Shown here: piece after piece, positions 9,978 to 20,152 of the stretch
Layout: each line of letters starts with the position of its first letter
How positions within the stretch are numbered: position 1 is the stretch's first letter
Notes under the pieces: model-generated
Database searches by the model: none
What the model saw: only the letters and a program-made list of their open reading frames with translations
Told to the model about the DNA's origin: nothing
Program-made: the position numbers and the translations under genes
NCBI GenBank assembly: GCA_963850305.1
Contig: CAWKKR010000008.1
Span: 96,001 to 160,000 of the forward strand
Direction: 5' to 3'
Length of the DNA stretch: 64,000 nt
From: an uncultured delta proteobacterium
Lineage (GTDB): Bacteria; Myxococcota_A; Polyangia; Polyangiales; Polyangiaceae

Positions 9978-12137
9978 CTACTGCACCGTGAACGTCGCGT
10001 GATCGGGCAGGTCCGCGAGCGAGGACCCGACGTACGCCGTGTACGTGATGGGCTCGACCGTCCACGCACTCGTCGTCACGTCGTAATAAGCGAGATCGCT
10101 CGCGCGGAGCGGCAGCGACACGACCTGCGACGCGCCGGGCTCGAGGTGAACGCGCGCGAAGCCCTTCAAGTCGTGCGGCGAGCGCGGCACGGCCGAGCCC
10201 TGGTAGCTCACGAAGAGCTCGACCACATCGTCGCCGGCCATGCTCCCCGTGTTCGTGGCCGTGACGGTTGCGACGAGTGAATCCGTCGCGGACATCGACG
10301 CTTTGCTCAACGAAAGTGGGCCGAGCGTGTACGTCGTGTAGCTCAGGCCGAACCCGAACGGGAACTGCGGCGTCTCGCCGTTCAGCTCGACGTAGCGGTA
10401 GCCGTGGAAATACCCGTACGTCACCTCGCTCGACGTGTCGTCGAACGGCGGGAGCTGCGACGCCGACACGGGAAACGTCAGCGGCAGCCGCCCCGAGGGA
10501 TTCACGTTACCGAACAGGATGTCCGCGATCGCGTCGCCGCCCTCCTGCCCGGGGTACCAGGCCATCACGATCGCCGGCACGTTCGCTTGCCATGCCTGCA
10601 TGGTGATGGCGCTCCCGGCCTCCATCACGACGATGGTCTTCGGATTCAGGGCCGCGACGGCGTTGATCAACGCCTCGTGCGCGGCCGAGAGCGTCAGCGT
10701 CTTTCGGTCGCCCGGCGTGCCGGTGCCCGTCGTGTTCTCGCCTTCGTCCATGGCAGTGAGCCCGACCACGACGATGGCCGCGTCCGCACCCGCGACGGTG
10801 GCTTCATCTGCAGGGGCGAGCGTGTCTGCATCGATCTGCTCGAGCGTGACGCCTTTGCCGCGGTCGGTGAGCCCCTGGAACGGGGTCACCGCGTGACTCG
10901 GCACGACGTTGCTGCTGCCCTCGTCCCCCATCCGCGCGATCCCCGAAAACGTCCCGACGACGGCGAGCTTCTTCACCTTGGTCGGATCGAGCGGCAGCAC
11001 TCCGCCCTCGTTCTTCAGCAACGTGATCGACTTCTGCGCGACCTCGAGCGCGAGCGCGGCGTGCTCCGGCCCACCGACGACGCTCACGTCCGGCGGCGGC
11101 TGATCGATCTGCGCCGCGAGCACGAGCTGCCCGCGCACGAGCCGGGTGACCGCCGCGTCCACCGTGGCCTCGGTGATGGTCCCGGCGTCGGCGCCGTCGA
11201 GCGCGGCGTGGAGATTCGCGAGCGACAAGAAATTCGGCGTCGGCATCTCGAGATCCAGCCCCGCGTTCACGGACGGCGCGGTGCTGCGAACCGCCAGGAT
11301 CCAGTCCGATTCGACGAACCCACGGAACTTCCAGTCCCCGTCCAGGATATCCGACAGCAGATGCGCGTTCTGCGAGCAATACGAGCCATCGAGCGAATTG
11401 TAGGCGCTCATGACCGACCCCACGCCTGCGCCGACTGCCGCGCGAAACGGCGGCAGGAACACCTCGCGCAGCGTGCGCTCGTCCATCGTCACGTTGACCG
11501 TGAAGCGCGTGTCCTCGATGTCGTTCGCCGCGAAGTGCTTGGCGTTCGCGAAGACGTGGTGCTGCGCGCCCTCGATGAACGCGACGCCCATGCGCGCGAG
11601 ATGCGACGGATCTTCTCCGTACGTTTCCTGAGCTCGACCCCAGGCCGGGTGGTGCAGCAGATTGACGACAGGAGCGAGGATCACGTTCGCGCCCCACGCT
11701 CGCGCCTCCTGTCCGATCGCCTCGCCGACGCGCGTCTCCAGCTCTTCGTCGAAGGTCGCACCACGCGCCATCGCGACGGGAAACGCCGTCGCCTGCTCCG
11801 CCGCCCCTTGCACGAACTGCGTGGCCGTGAGTCCTCGCGCGCCGTCCGACATCGCGTAACCGGGAATACCGAGCCGCGGCACGCCGGGCGTGACCCACAG
11901 TCCGTTCACCATCCCCGTCCCGGCCATCATCGTGAACTTCTCGTCCAGAGTCATCTGCGAAACGAGGCTCGCGACCTTCGCCTCGAGCGCGAGCGTGTCG
12001 GGCCCCGAGTCCGACGCCGAAGCCGCGTCCGCGACGCCCGCGTCGGAAGTCGCTGGCGTCACCGACGGTTTGCTCTTCGAAGAACAGCCGGCTGCGAGAA
12101 GAACCGAGAGCAGGAGAGTGCGGCGCGACCGGGACAT
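9978..12137 (-). CDS. Glycoside hydrolase family 3 beta-glucosidase, lipoprotein
   Basis: Lipobox LAAGC; MTLDEK, GRAQETYGEDP, AKHFA, VMSAYN, ESDW (nucleophile), WYPGQEGG, PFGFGLSYT; Fn3-like tail. Confidence 0.95.
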   Translation of the reverse strand: MSRSRRTLLLSVLLAAGCSSKSKPSVTPATSDAGVADAASASDSGPDTLALEAKVASLVSQMTLDEKFTMMAGTGMVNGLWVTPGVPRLGIPGYAMSDGARGLTATQFVQGAAEQATAFPVAMARGATFDEELETRVGEAIGQEARAWGANVILAPVVNLLHHPAWGRAQETYGEDPSHLARMGVAFIEGAQHHVFANAKHFAANDIEDTRFTVNVTMDERTLREVFLPPFRAAVGAGVGSVMSAYNSLDGSYCSQNAHLLSDILDGDWKFRGFVESDWILAVRSTAPSVNAGLDLEMPTPNFLSLANLHAALDGADAGTITEATVDAAVTRLVRGQLVLAAQIDQPPPDVSVVGGPEHAALALEVAQKSITLLKNEGGVLPLDPTKVKKLAVVGTFSGIARMGDEGSSNVVPSHAVTPFQGLTDRGKGVTLEQIDADTLAPADEATVAGADAAIVVVGLTAMDEGENTTGTGTPGDRKTLTLSAAHEALINAVAALNPKTIVVMEAGSAITMQAWQANVPAIVMAWYPGQEGGDAIADILFGNVNPSGRLPLTFPVSASQLPPFDDTSSEVTYGYFHGYRYVELNGETPQFPFGFGLSYTTYTLGPLSLSKASMSATDSLVATVTATNTGSMAGDDVVELFVSYQGSAVPRSPHDLKGFARVHLEPGASQVVSLPLRASDLAYYDVTTSAWTVEPITYTAYVGSSLADLPDHATFTVQ

Positions 12138-12187
12138 GGAGCGCCCAGCGTAGACCGAAAACCACGGTGGCCGTCAGACCGGTGTGC

Positions 12188-13102
12188 TCATCGCTGAGGC
12201 GATGCGGCGACGCCCTCCGGTCGGCCATGGGACGCCCGGCGCAACTCGGTCGGGACGCCGGCAAGCATCACCTCGTGAAGACCGGTGGCGCGAAAGTCCG
12301 GCAAGAGACGTCCGAGCTTTTCGCCGCTGAGCGTGTGCGAGACGCTCCACAGGTAGCGCATCTCGCGCATCTCGCGCGCTAGTTCCCAGAACGGCGCCGT
12401 CAGGGTGATCGCCCACCAGGGGAAACGCGAGAGCTTGAGCGAGCGGCCCATCGCGTCGCTCAGGAATGAGCGCAGTTCGTTGACGGTGAAGCTGTGACCG
12501 GGGAAAGGGATGTCCTCGAACGACTCCAGCTGGTCGCGCATCTCTGCCAGCGCCACCGCAGCGCGCGCCCAGTCCGGCAAGTAGCAGTACGCCTGCATCG
12601 CGTCGGGATCGCCCGCGGTAGTGACCTTGCCTCCGTCGATCGCGCGTAGCAGCAGCATGCTCATCACGTCGCCGTTGCCGTTCGGGTCGATGAAGTTCCC
12701 GGCGCGCAGCACCAGGGTTCGCACGCCTGCATCGCGGTAGGCCTGCTCCATCTGCTCACGGATCCGACCTTTGCGGCTGCTGGGAGCGTGCGGCGTGTGC
12801 TCCGACCACTCGCCGCCCTGCGCGCCGAGGTTGTAGACGTTGCCTGGAATGATCACGGTGGCGCCGCTTGCCTTCGCCGCCTCGATCACCTGCCGGGTGA
12901 TCGCCGGAACCAGCCGTGCCCAGTCGTGGTAGGCCGGCGGATTCAGGCCATTGACGATCACGTCGACTCCCTGCGCCGCGGCGACCATGTCGTTGGACCT
13001 GCGGTCGTAACGGCGAACGTTCCAGCCGGCTCGCGTGAACGCCTCGGCTGCGTGGCTGCCGATCTTGCCCGAGCTCCCCAGAATCAGTGCTGTCCCGGTC
13101 AT
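12188..13102 (-). CDS. NAD-dependent epimerase/dehydratase family protein
   Basis: ILGSSGKIG Rossmann motif, PGNVYN, LRAGNF, YLPDWARA. Confidence 0.85.
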   Translation of the reverse strand: MTGTALILGSSGKIGSHAAEAFTRAGWNVRRYDRRSNDMVAAAQGVDVIVNGLNPPAYHDWARLVPAITRQVIEAAKASGATVIIPGNVYNLGAQGGEWSEHTPHAPSSRKGRIREQMEQAYRDAGVRTLVLRAGNFIDPNGNGDVMSMLLLRAIDGGKVTTAGDPDAMQAYCYLPDWARAAVALAEMRDQLESFEDIPFPGHSFTVNELRSFLSDAMGRSLKLSRFPWWAITLTAPFWELAREMREMRYLWSVSHTLSGEKLGRLLPDFRATGLHEVMLAGVPTELRRASHGRPEGVAASPQR

Positions 13103-13153
13103 GATGTTTTCTTTTCGTGAAGTGGACGAACGCAACATGCGCGCGTCCGCCGG

Positions 13154-13705
13154 CTAACGCTCGTCCTTCCCGAACAGCCCCATCTTGGCATTGTAGACCA
13201 TCTTCCCGTACTTCCGATCCGTCACGACGATCTGCGATTCGCTCGGCACCTCGATCACGACCTTGCTCGGGAGCCCGCCAGGCTTCGAGCCCTCGTCTCG
13301 GCCGCTCGTCTTCAGTGTGACGCTGTGATCCGAATCGTCCGTGAACTCGATCTGGATCTTGTGGAGCGGCACCATCTTCGCCCCCGTGCGGCGGAGCGTG
13401 TACCACCACCACTTGCCCTCGGGACCCCGGCGGAACGCCATCCCGTTCCACGCGACCGCGTCGCTCTCGTGACTCATGCACTTGGCCTTCTTCGCGAGAT
13501 CGTCCCCGGCCTTCTTCGAGCACTTCTTCTCGGCCGCGTCGTGCACGTCCGACGCCATGAACGACAGATCGAAGTAGACCCCGTCGCGCTCCAGCACCTC
13601 TTCCGCGGAGCGATCCGCGTGCGCGTTCGGAGCGCTCACGGCAAAGATGCTCGCCAACCCAACGCCTATCAGAGCTCGGACTAACCCCTGCATTCTCATC
13701 CGCAT
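13154..13705 (-). CDS. Hypothetical secreted protein
   Basis: Signal peptide ending AHA|D, Lys-rich mature part with two Cys. The ORF-track extension to 14131 only translates the repeat tract. Confidence 0.7.
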   Translation of the reverse strand: MRMRMQGLVRALIGVGLASIFAVSAPNAHADRSAEEVLERDGVYFDLSFMASDVHDAAEKKCSKKAGDDLAKKAKCMSHESDAVAWNGMAFRRGPEGKWWWYTLRRTGAKMVPLHKIQIEFTDDSDHSVTLKTSGRDEGSKPGGLPSKVVIEVPSESQIVVTDRKYGKMVYNAKMGLFGKDER

Positions 13706-13863
13706 AACACGCGCCCGCCGCGCATAGCCACGGATGCCCCAAAGACTCGCACGGCGATGGCAGTAAGACGAGATTTTGCCGTCCACGCAGGCGGCCAGCA
13801 GGCGGTCAGCAGGACGATCGTCGAGGGAGCCACCCCGACCACGGCCACGCTCACCCCTCACGC

Positions 13864-14193
13864 GACTCGAGCGATCCCGAGCTCGCCCACGCTCGATCCA
13901 GCTCGACTCGAGCGATCCCGAGCTCGCCCACGCTCGATCCAGCTCGACTCGAGCGATCCCGAGCTCGTCCAAGCTCGATCCGGCTCGCGTTGAGCCATCC
14001 AGAGCTTGGACGGGCGTCCCGCCGCTCCGATGAGCGGGCGCAACGCTCGAGCGAGCGTCGCACGACTCGATTCGAGCCGCGCCGAGCTCAATCGAGCCCC
14101 GATTTACCTCGATTCGAGCCGCGCCGAGCACAGGTTAGCCTGGTCTCACCTCGGTTCGAGCCGGCGGGAGCACAGACGAGCTTTTTTTTGCTC
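13864..14193. repeat. ~20-21-bp periodic tandem tract (about 16 units)
   Basis: Three copies of a 41-mer (GACTCGAGCGATCCCGAGCTCGCCCACGCTCGATCCAGCTC) at 13864/13905/13946. Three copies of a CTCGATTCGAGCCGCGCCGAGC-like unit at 14066/14108/14150 (42-bp spacing). Unit ends recur every 20-21 bp throughout. Confidence 0.9.
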
Positions 14194-14459
14194 GTGACGA
14201 GCCGCGCGACGCAGGCGTGAGCCATTGGACGCGCTCGACGAGCAAACCGAGCACACGGATGCGCTGCTCTGCGGCGCGAATGCGCGAAGCAATGCTCCGG
14301 CCAGCGAGTATCCAGCGGGATTCCTGCGCCGGCCCGAAATTCGGGAGGTGGGGCAGGAATTAGTTTCGTTGCCGGGTGTTTGAACATTTGAACCGAGCGC
14401 GGAACGACATCGCGAAGCGCTCACCCACAGGGGACAACCCCAGAAAAGAAAGCAAAGTC

Positions 14460-15317
14460 ATGTCAACGCACAAGCAAATCACGCATACCAAGCACAATTC
14501 TCGGCATAGAGAGTTGGCCTTGGCGGATCCCTCCGGCTTCGAGACTGCCTATGATCGTCGGTTGAAGGAGATCATGGCGGTGCCGGAGGAGGAGCTCCTT
14601 CCTCTCAACTTCGACGTGCACGTGGCCATCTCCATCGTGCTCGGCGCTCTTGGGAAGATCGAGCCCCTCATCCCGGCGGTGTCGAAGCTGCCGGGAATCA
14701 AGCATGCTCGCGTGACCGCGCTGGAGGATTATGCGCGGGCCGCGGGCGAAGCGAGCGTGCGGTTCGACGTTGCGACCGAGCCGCCCGCGGGCATCGTCGG
14801 TCTCAACGAGGCCGCAATCGCGCTTCGGGAGAAGTTCCGCGTGAGCGCGCAATCGCTCGTCAACGCGGAGCTCCTTCCCGAAGACAAGGTCGCGATGTTC
14901 CAGGGCCTCACCGGCTACCGGAACGTCGCGTACGAGCTTGCAGGATGGGCCAACGTTCTGCAGGAATATTGGTCGGCGATCCAGGGCAAGACGACGGTCA
15001 CCCTGGAGGACCTCGGACAGGCCAAGCTCGTCGCAGAGGAGCTCGTGCAGGCGGCGGGTGAACGCGATCAGCAACCCGCCGCGGTATCGAGCGCCGCACG
15101 GATCCGGCAGCAAGCAATGACGCTGCTCGCCGGTTCCTACGACGAGACGCGACGCGGGATCCTGTACCTCAGATGGGCGGAGGGCGACGCCGACACGATC
15201 GCGCCTTCGTTCTACATCCGGGGTCACAAGCAGGACGTCGCGCCGACACCGGAACCCGAGCCCGCCCCCGTACCGCCCACGCCGACGCCTGTCGCGCCGG
15301 CGGGCGTCACCCACTGA
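14460..15317 (+). CDS. Hypothetical, apparently all-alpha protein with Pro-rich tail
   Basis: Purine-rich stretch before ATG 14460, plausible codon usage, C-terminal block SYDETRRGILYLRWAEGDADTIAPSFY, PEPEPAP tail; followed by a terminator. Confidence 0.8.
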   Translation: MSTHKQITHTKHNSRHRELALADPSGFETAYDRRLKEIMAVPEEELLPLNFDVHVAISIVLGALGKIEPLIPAVSKLPGIKHARVTALEDYARAAGEASVRFDVATEPPAGIVGLNEAAIALREKFRVSAQSLVNAELLPEDKVAMFQGLTGYRNVAYELAGWANVLQEYWSAIQGKTTVTLEDLGQAKLVAEELVQAAGERDQQPAAVSSAARIRQQAMTLLAGSYDETRRGILYLRWAEGDADTIAPSFYIRGHKQDVAPTPEPEPAPVPPTPTPVAPAGVTH

Positions 15318-15381
15318 CAGGAAGGAGGCGAAATGCAAAGGAGGTCAGAGACCTGTCCTAATAGAATAAATATAGGAGAAA

Positions 15382-15420
15382 GAGGCGGCCCGTTTCGCGA
15401 CGGGTCGCCTCGAGTCTTTT
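15382..15420 (+). terminator. Intrinsic terminator, possibly bidirectional
   Basis: 12-bp stem GAGGCGGCCCGT/ACGGGTCGCCTC (one G-U pair) followed by GAGTCTTTT, between convergent genes. Confidence 0.75.
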
Positions 15421-15443
15421 GTGAGCAGACGGAATGCCAGAGG

Positions 15444-16199
15444 TCAATGCGCATTCCGCGCCGGCCGCTGCTCGAACACCAGGATGCAGGCGACGATGAA
15501 CGCCAACAGGGCCGCCGAGGCGGAGTAACGGCTCAACGCGAGCCCGCCCTCGGTCACGGGCTTGTCGAGGAAGTCTCCGACCACGGCTCCGAGCGGGCGC
15601 GTCAGGACGAACGCCGCCCAGAACAGGACCGTTCGCGAGATGCCGGTGAGATAAAAGGCGAGCGCGACGAGCGCGAGCAGGCTGCAGAACAGGAGCGCAC
15701 CGCCGGCATAACCGAGTCCGGCAGTGTCGGCGGTCCAGTCTCCGAGCGCGGTTCCGAGCGTCTGGGAGCACATGATCGTGAGCCAGTAGAAGACCTCGGC
15801 CTTCGGCGAACCGACGCTGGCGGAAACGGAACCGAGCGTTCGAAACCAGATCGCGAGCGACGCGATCAGGAGGCCGAGCAGCAATGCCGAACCGCCCGCG
15901 TAGCCGATCCCGAGCGAACGATCCGCGAAGTCCGCGAGCGTCGTCCCGACGGTCGTCGTCGCGATGATGGTGGTCCAGTAGAGGAGCGGGTGGAACCTCT
16001 TCGCAGCGATCTGCACTGCCACCGCAGCCGCGAAGAGCACGGCGAAGATGGCGGTTCCGACCAGATACCCGAGGTGCATCGACATGGAGACCGCGTCGCC
16101 CCCGGTCTCGCCGAGCGTCGTCGCGCCGATCTTGATGACCCAGAAGATCAGTGTCACCTCCGGTACTTTGCCAACCCTGTCGCCGGAGGACGCCGTCAT
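15444..16199 (-). CDS. COG4705/DUF347 family membrane protein
   Basis: KVPEVTLIFWVIKIGATTLGETGGD, TLGTALGD, FWAAFVLTRPLGA. Confidence 0.9.
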   Translation of the reverse strand: MTASSGDRVGKVPEVTLIFWVIKIGATTLGETGGDAVSMSMHLGYLVGTAIFAVLFAAAVAVQIAAKRFHPLLYWTTIIATTTVGTTLADFADRSLGIGYAGGSALLLGLLIASLAIWFRTLGSVSASVGSPKAEVFYWLTIMCSQTLGTALGDWTADTAGLGYAGGALLFCSLLALVALAFYLTGISRTVLFWAAFVLTRPLGAVVGDFLDKPVTEGGLALSRYSASAALLAFIVACILVFEQRPARNAH

Positions 16200-16335
16200 G
16201 GTCGTGCTGAATATGGCCTATCCCGCACGCCGCTTCGATCCCGACGCCGGGAAAGTGCCTGAGACGCAGGAAGTCCAGAGGTTCGCCCCGTGAGTCTCGT
16301 TACGGATGCCGAAATCACCGCTATTCTCCTCCGGC

Positions 16336-17331
16336 ATGAAGATCGTCGTTCTCGACGGATTCGCGGCGGCTCAAGGGAGGTTGAGCTATGACGCGCTCGC
16401 TCTGCACGGCGAGGTCGTCGTGTATCCGCGAACGGCGCCCGCGGAACTCCTGACCCGCGCCGCGAATGCGGACGTGCTTCTCACGAACAAGGTACTGCTC
16501 GACGCGGGAACCCTCGCGCGACTTCCGGCGCTGAAGTACGTCGGCATCGTTGCGACGGGAACGAACGCGGTCGACCTCGCGGCGTGCGCGGAGCGCGGGA
16601 TCGCCGTCACGAACGTCCCTGGATACTCGACGGATTCCGTCGCCGAGCTCGTGTTCGCGCTCCTGTTTCATTTCACCCGCGGCGTCGCGGCGCACGACGC
16701 GCGGGTGAAGGACGGCGCGTGGTCCGCATCTCCGGATTTCATGTTCTGCGTGCGTCCACTGCACGAGCTCGCGGGAAAGACGATCGCGATCGTCGGCACC
16801 GGTGCGATCGGTCGAGCGGTGACGAAGATCGCCGAGGCGCTTCGAATGCGCGTCATTGCGGCAAGAGTTCCGGGGTCTCCGTCTCCGGAGCGGACGCCAC
16901 TCGACGTCGCGCTGCCTCTCGCGGACTTCGTGACGCTTCACTGCCCGCTCACGAAGATGACCGAGAAGCTCGTGAACGACGCCTTTCTCGGCAAGATGAA
17001 GCGCGAGGGGATTCTCGTGAATACCGGGCGCGGCGGTCTCGTCGACGAGGCGGCGCTCGCACGCGCGCTCACCGATGGCACGATCGGCGGCGCGGCGCTC
17101 GACGTCCTCGAACGAGAGCCGCCGCTCGCGGGCAATCTGCTCCTCGATCCGGACGCGCCCTTCGCGGCGCGGCTCGTCGTGACGCCGCACATCGGTTGGG
17201 CGACCGAAGAAGCACGCTCACGCTTGATCGCTGCGGTCGCGGACAATCTGTCCGCGTTCCTGCGCGGTGAAGACCAGAACCGCGTCGAACGAGCGACTCC
17301 TCAGAAGGTTTCCACGCCGCCGGTCATTTAA
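16336..17331 (+). CDS. hprA: D-2-hydroxyacid dehydrogenase, glycerate dehydrogenase/hydroxypyruvate reductase-like
   Basis: MKIVVLDG, TNKV, NVPGYST, GTGAIG, LHCPLT, NTGRGGLVDE, TPHIGWA. Confidence 0.85.
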   Translation: MKIVVLDGFAAAQGRLSYDALALHGEVVVYPRTAPAELLTRAANADVLLTNKVLLDAGTLARLPALKYVGIVATGTNAVDLAACAERGIAVTNVPGYSTDSVAELVFALLFHFTRGVAAHDARVKDGAWSASPDFMFCVRPLHELAGKTIAIVGTGAIGRAVTKIAEALRMRVIAARVPGSPSPERTPLDVALPLADFVTLHCPLTKMTEKLVNDAFLGKMKREGILVNTGRGGLVDEAALARALTDGTIGGAALDVLEREPPLAGNLLLDPDAPFAARLVVTPHIGWATEEARSRLIAAVADNLSAFLRGEDQNRVERATPQKVSTPPVI

Positions 17332-17426
17332 GGTCGAGCGGGAAATATGGCCCATTCAGGTAAGGACGTCACGGCTATGACGCGCGACCGGGCCGACGGC
17401 GCGTCGGTCGTCTGGTGAACTCCGTC

Positions 17427-18539
17427 TCACGGGCGCTCGCGCCAGGCGCTCGCCAGCCGCGTCACGTTCTCCGCCAGTTTCTCGAGTAGCGACGCGGCGC
17501 GCTCCATCGCGGCCGTCGCGGTGATGGGTGCGTCGCACAGGGAGAAGCAAGCCGTGAGCCCCTGTGCGAAGACGCTCTCCGCGCCGTCGCCCACGGCGCC
17601 CGCGAGCGCGACGACGGGAACGCCATGCTCGCGACACCGACGGGCGATGCCACCGGCGACTTTTCCGCGGGCAGACGAGGCGTCGAGCCGGCCCTCGCCG
17701 GTTAGCACGAGATCGCAGCCCAGTAGTGCTTCGTCGAACCGGACGGCGTCGAGTACGTAGTCGATGCCGCTCGCGAGGCGCGCACCCGCAAAGACGCGGA
17801 GCCCGTATCCGAGTCCACCGGCCGCGCCATCGCCCGCGCACGTGCCCGGATCTCCGACGACGTTCGTAAGATGCGTCAGCGCGGCGTCGAGCTCGCGGAC
17901 TTGGTCCTCGGTCGCTCCCTTTTGGGGGCCGTACACGCGAGTAGCTCCGTCGGCCCCCGTCAGCGGATTGGTCACGTCGTGGAGCACGATGACGTCCTTC
18001 AGCCGAGGATCGCGGTGCGTGACGTCGATGCGACGTAACCCGAGCAGGTCGCCGCCCGCCGCGGGGCTCGGGATACCGTCGAATGCGACGCCGAGGGCCT
18101 GCGCCATGCCGACGCCGCCGTCATTCGTGGCGCTGCCGCCGAGACCCACGACGACGCGCGTCGCTCCCGCGTCCAGCGCCGACCGGATGAGCTGACCGAC
18201 GCCGAACGTCGTGGCGCGTACCGGCGAGCGCGACGACTCCGGTGCGAGCGTGAGACCCGCTGCTTCCGCGCTTTCCACGACGGCGGTCGTGCCGTCTCCG
18301 AGCATGGCCCAGCGCGCGTTCACGGTGGCGCCGAGCGGACCGGTGACGCGGACCGAGTGCGTGCGGCCACCACTGGCCGCGACGAGCACGTCCGCGATGC
18401 CCTCACCGCCGTCGCTGAGGGGGCGCGCGATCACTTCCGCGCCGGGACACGCGCGCACCGCGCCGCGGCGCATCGCCTCCGCGGCGTCGAAGGACGTCAG
18501 GGAGCCCTTGAACTTATCCGGCGCAATGAGGATGCGCAT
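17427..18539 (-). CDS. glxK: Glycerate kinase (GlxK/GarK family)
   Basis: IAPDKFKGSL, DGGEG, GLGGSATNDGG, YGPQKGA, GAAGGLG, TGEGRLD. Confidence 0.93.
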   Translation of the reverse strand: MRILIAPDKFKGSLTSFDAAEAMRRGAVRACPGAEVIARPLSDGGEGIADVLVAASGGRTHSVRVTGPLGATVNARWAMLGDGTTAVVESAEAAGLTLAPESSRSPVRATTFGVGQLIRSALDAGATRVVVGLGGSATNDGGVGMAQALGVAFDGIPSPAAGGDLLGLRRIDVTHRDPRLKDVIVLHDVTNPLTGADGATRVYGPQKGATEDQVRELDAALTHLTNVVGDPGTCAGDGAAGGLGYGLRVFAGARLASGIDYVLDAVRFDEALLGCDLVLTGEGRLDASSARGKVAGGIARRCREHGVPVVALAGAVGDGAESVFAQGLTACFSLCDAPITATAAMERAASLLEKLAENVTRLASAWRERP

Positions 18540-18547
18540 CGCGCGGC

Positions 18548-20152
18548 TCAGTGGGCGGGGGCGCCGCCGCCGCCTCCGTCGCGCGGGGAGCGTGCGAGGA
18601 AGACGAGCGGCACCATGAACATCGTGGCGATCGCAAACGCACGAAGGACGTCCAGGTACGCGAGCGTCATGGATTGTCGCAACATCTGGCCATACAGCAT
18701 GGCCTCGGCACGCTTCAGGGCGTCCGGCAGGGAGGAGCCCGCGTGAGCGAAGGCCGTAGAGATGTGTGCGAGCGCGGCCGTGAACGCCGAGTCGTATTGA
18801 CTCGCATGGGCGGCAAGGGCCGTTTGATGGGCCTGAGCGCGCCGCGAGACCATGGTCGTGACGAAGGCGATGCCGAAATCCCCTCCCATGTTGCGCGAGA
18901 GGTTCACGATGCCGGAGACCGAGTTGTTCTTCTCCGGCGGCACGCCCGCGTACACGACCTGGTTGATGGGGACGAACAGGAAAGCGAGGCCCGCCGACTG
19001 GTACACGCGAACGAGTACGGCGGTCCGAAAGTCCATCTGCAGATAGAGATGTCCTGCCATGTAAAACATGGACATCGACAGGATCGTGAAACCAAGTCCG
19101 ATGAGATACCGCGCGTCGACCCTGGACACGAGCCGTCCGACGAACGGCAGGAGCAGGATCACGGCAAAGCCGCCAGGCGAGAGCGCCAAGCCCGCCTGCT
19201 CCGCCGTGTAGCCCATCAGCACCTGCATGTACTGAGGGAGAAGGACGGTCGAGCCGTACAGGGTGAGGCCGAGCGTGAACATCATCACGTTCGACATGAC
19301 GAAGCTCCGGTTCCCGAAGAGCCGGACGTCCACGACGGGCCGCGGATGGCGGAGTTCCCACACGATGAATGCCGTCAGGCTGGTGAGGGCGATGGCGAGG
19401 GCGACCACGATGAACGAGGAAGAGAACCAGTCGTCTTCCTGTCCTTTGTCGAGCACGAGCTCGAGCGCGCCGAGCCCGAGCGCAATCAGGAAGAGGCCGG
19501 TGAAATCCACGCTGCCCGCGCGCTTCTTCGCTTCGACCAGATGCGGCGGATCGGTCACCATGCGCGACGAGAGGGCCAGGGACACCATCGCGACGGGCAC
19601 GTTGATGAAGAAGACCCAGCGCCAGGAGAAGTGGTCCGTGATGAAGCCGCCGAGCGTCGGTCCGATGGCGGGCGCGAGCACGACGGCCATGCCGTAAACG
19701 GCGAACGCCATGCCGCGCTTCGCGGGCGGAAACGTGTCCGCGAGGATCGCTTGCTCGCTCGGTCCGAGCCCGCCGCCCCCGAGGCCCTGGACGACCCGGA
19801 AGAAGATGAGCCACCCGAGTGACGGCGCGATACCGCACAAGAACGAGCTCAGCCCGAAGAGGGCGACGCAGCTCATGTAAAACCGCTTCCGTCCCACCTT
19901 CGTCGCGAACCAGCCGCTGACCGGCAGGATGATCGCGTTCGAGACCAGGTACGATGTGAGGATCCAGGTGCTCTCGTCCTGAGTGACCGACAGGTCCCCG
20001 GCGATGTGGGGCAACGAGACGTTCGCGATGCTCGTGTCCAGCACCTCCATGAACGTGGCGAGCGTTACGACGAGGGCGATGGCCCAGGGGTTCTTCCCGC
20101 CCGTCCAGCCCGTCTGGAAATAGGCGGGCCGCGCCGGCGCTTGCGAGCTCAC
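18548..20152 (-). CDS. emrB: DHA2 family MFS efflux permease (EmrB-like)
   Basis: LATFMEVLDTSIANVSLP, WILTSYL, LAPAIGPTLGG, WRWVFFINVP. GTG at 20152 overlaps the emrA TGA. Confidence 0.9.
   Translation of the reverse strand: MSSQAPARPAYFQTGWTGGKNPWAIALVVTLATFMEVLDTSIANVSLPHIAGDLSVTQDESTWILTSYLVSNAIILPVSGWFATKVGRKRFYMSCVALFGLSSFLCGIAPSLGWLIFFRVVQGLGGGGLGPSEQAILADTFPPAKRGMAFAVYGMAVVLAPAIGPTLGGFITDHFSWRWVFFINVPVAMVSLALSSRMVTDPPHLVEAKKRAGSVDFTGLFLIALGLGALELVLDKGQEDDWFSSSFIVVALAIALTSLTAFIVWELRHPRPVVDVRLFGNRSFVMSNVMMFTLGLTLYGSTVLLPQYMQVLMGYTAEQAGLALSPGGFAVILLLPFVGRLVSRVDARYLIGLGFTILSMSMFYMAGHLYLQMDFRTAVLVRVYQSAGLAFLFVPINQVVYAGVPPEKNNSVSGIVNLSRNMGGDFGIAFVTTMVSRRAQAHQTALAAHASQYDSAFTAALAHISTAFAHAGSSLPDALKRAEAMLYGQMLRQSMTLAYLDVLRAFAIATMFMVPLVFLARSPRDGGGGGAPAH

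Noticed and set aside
13706..14131. Long N-terminal extension of the 13154 gene
   Set aside because: It is only a translation of the GC-rich repeat tract; a clear signal peptide starts at about 13705-13693.
14066..14175. Mini CRISPR array
   Set aside because: Only three degenerate ~22-nt repeats, spacers of about 20 nt that themselves follow the 21-bp periodicity, and no cas genes in the window.
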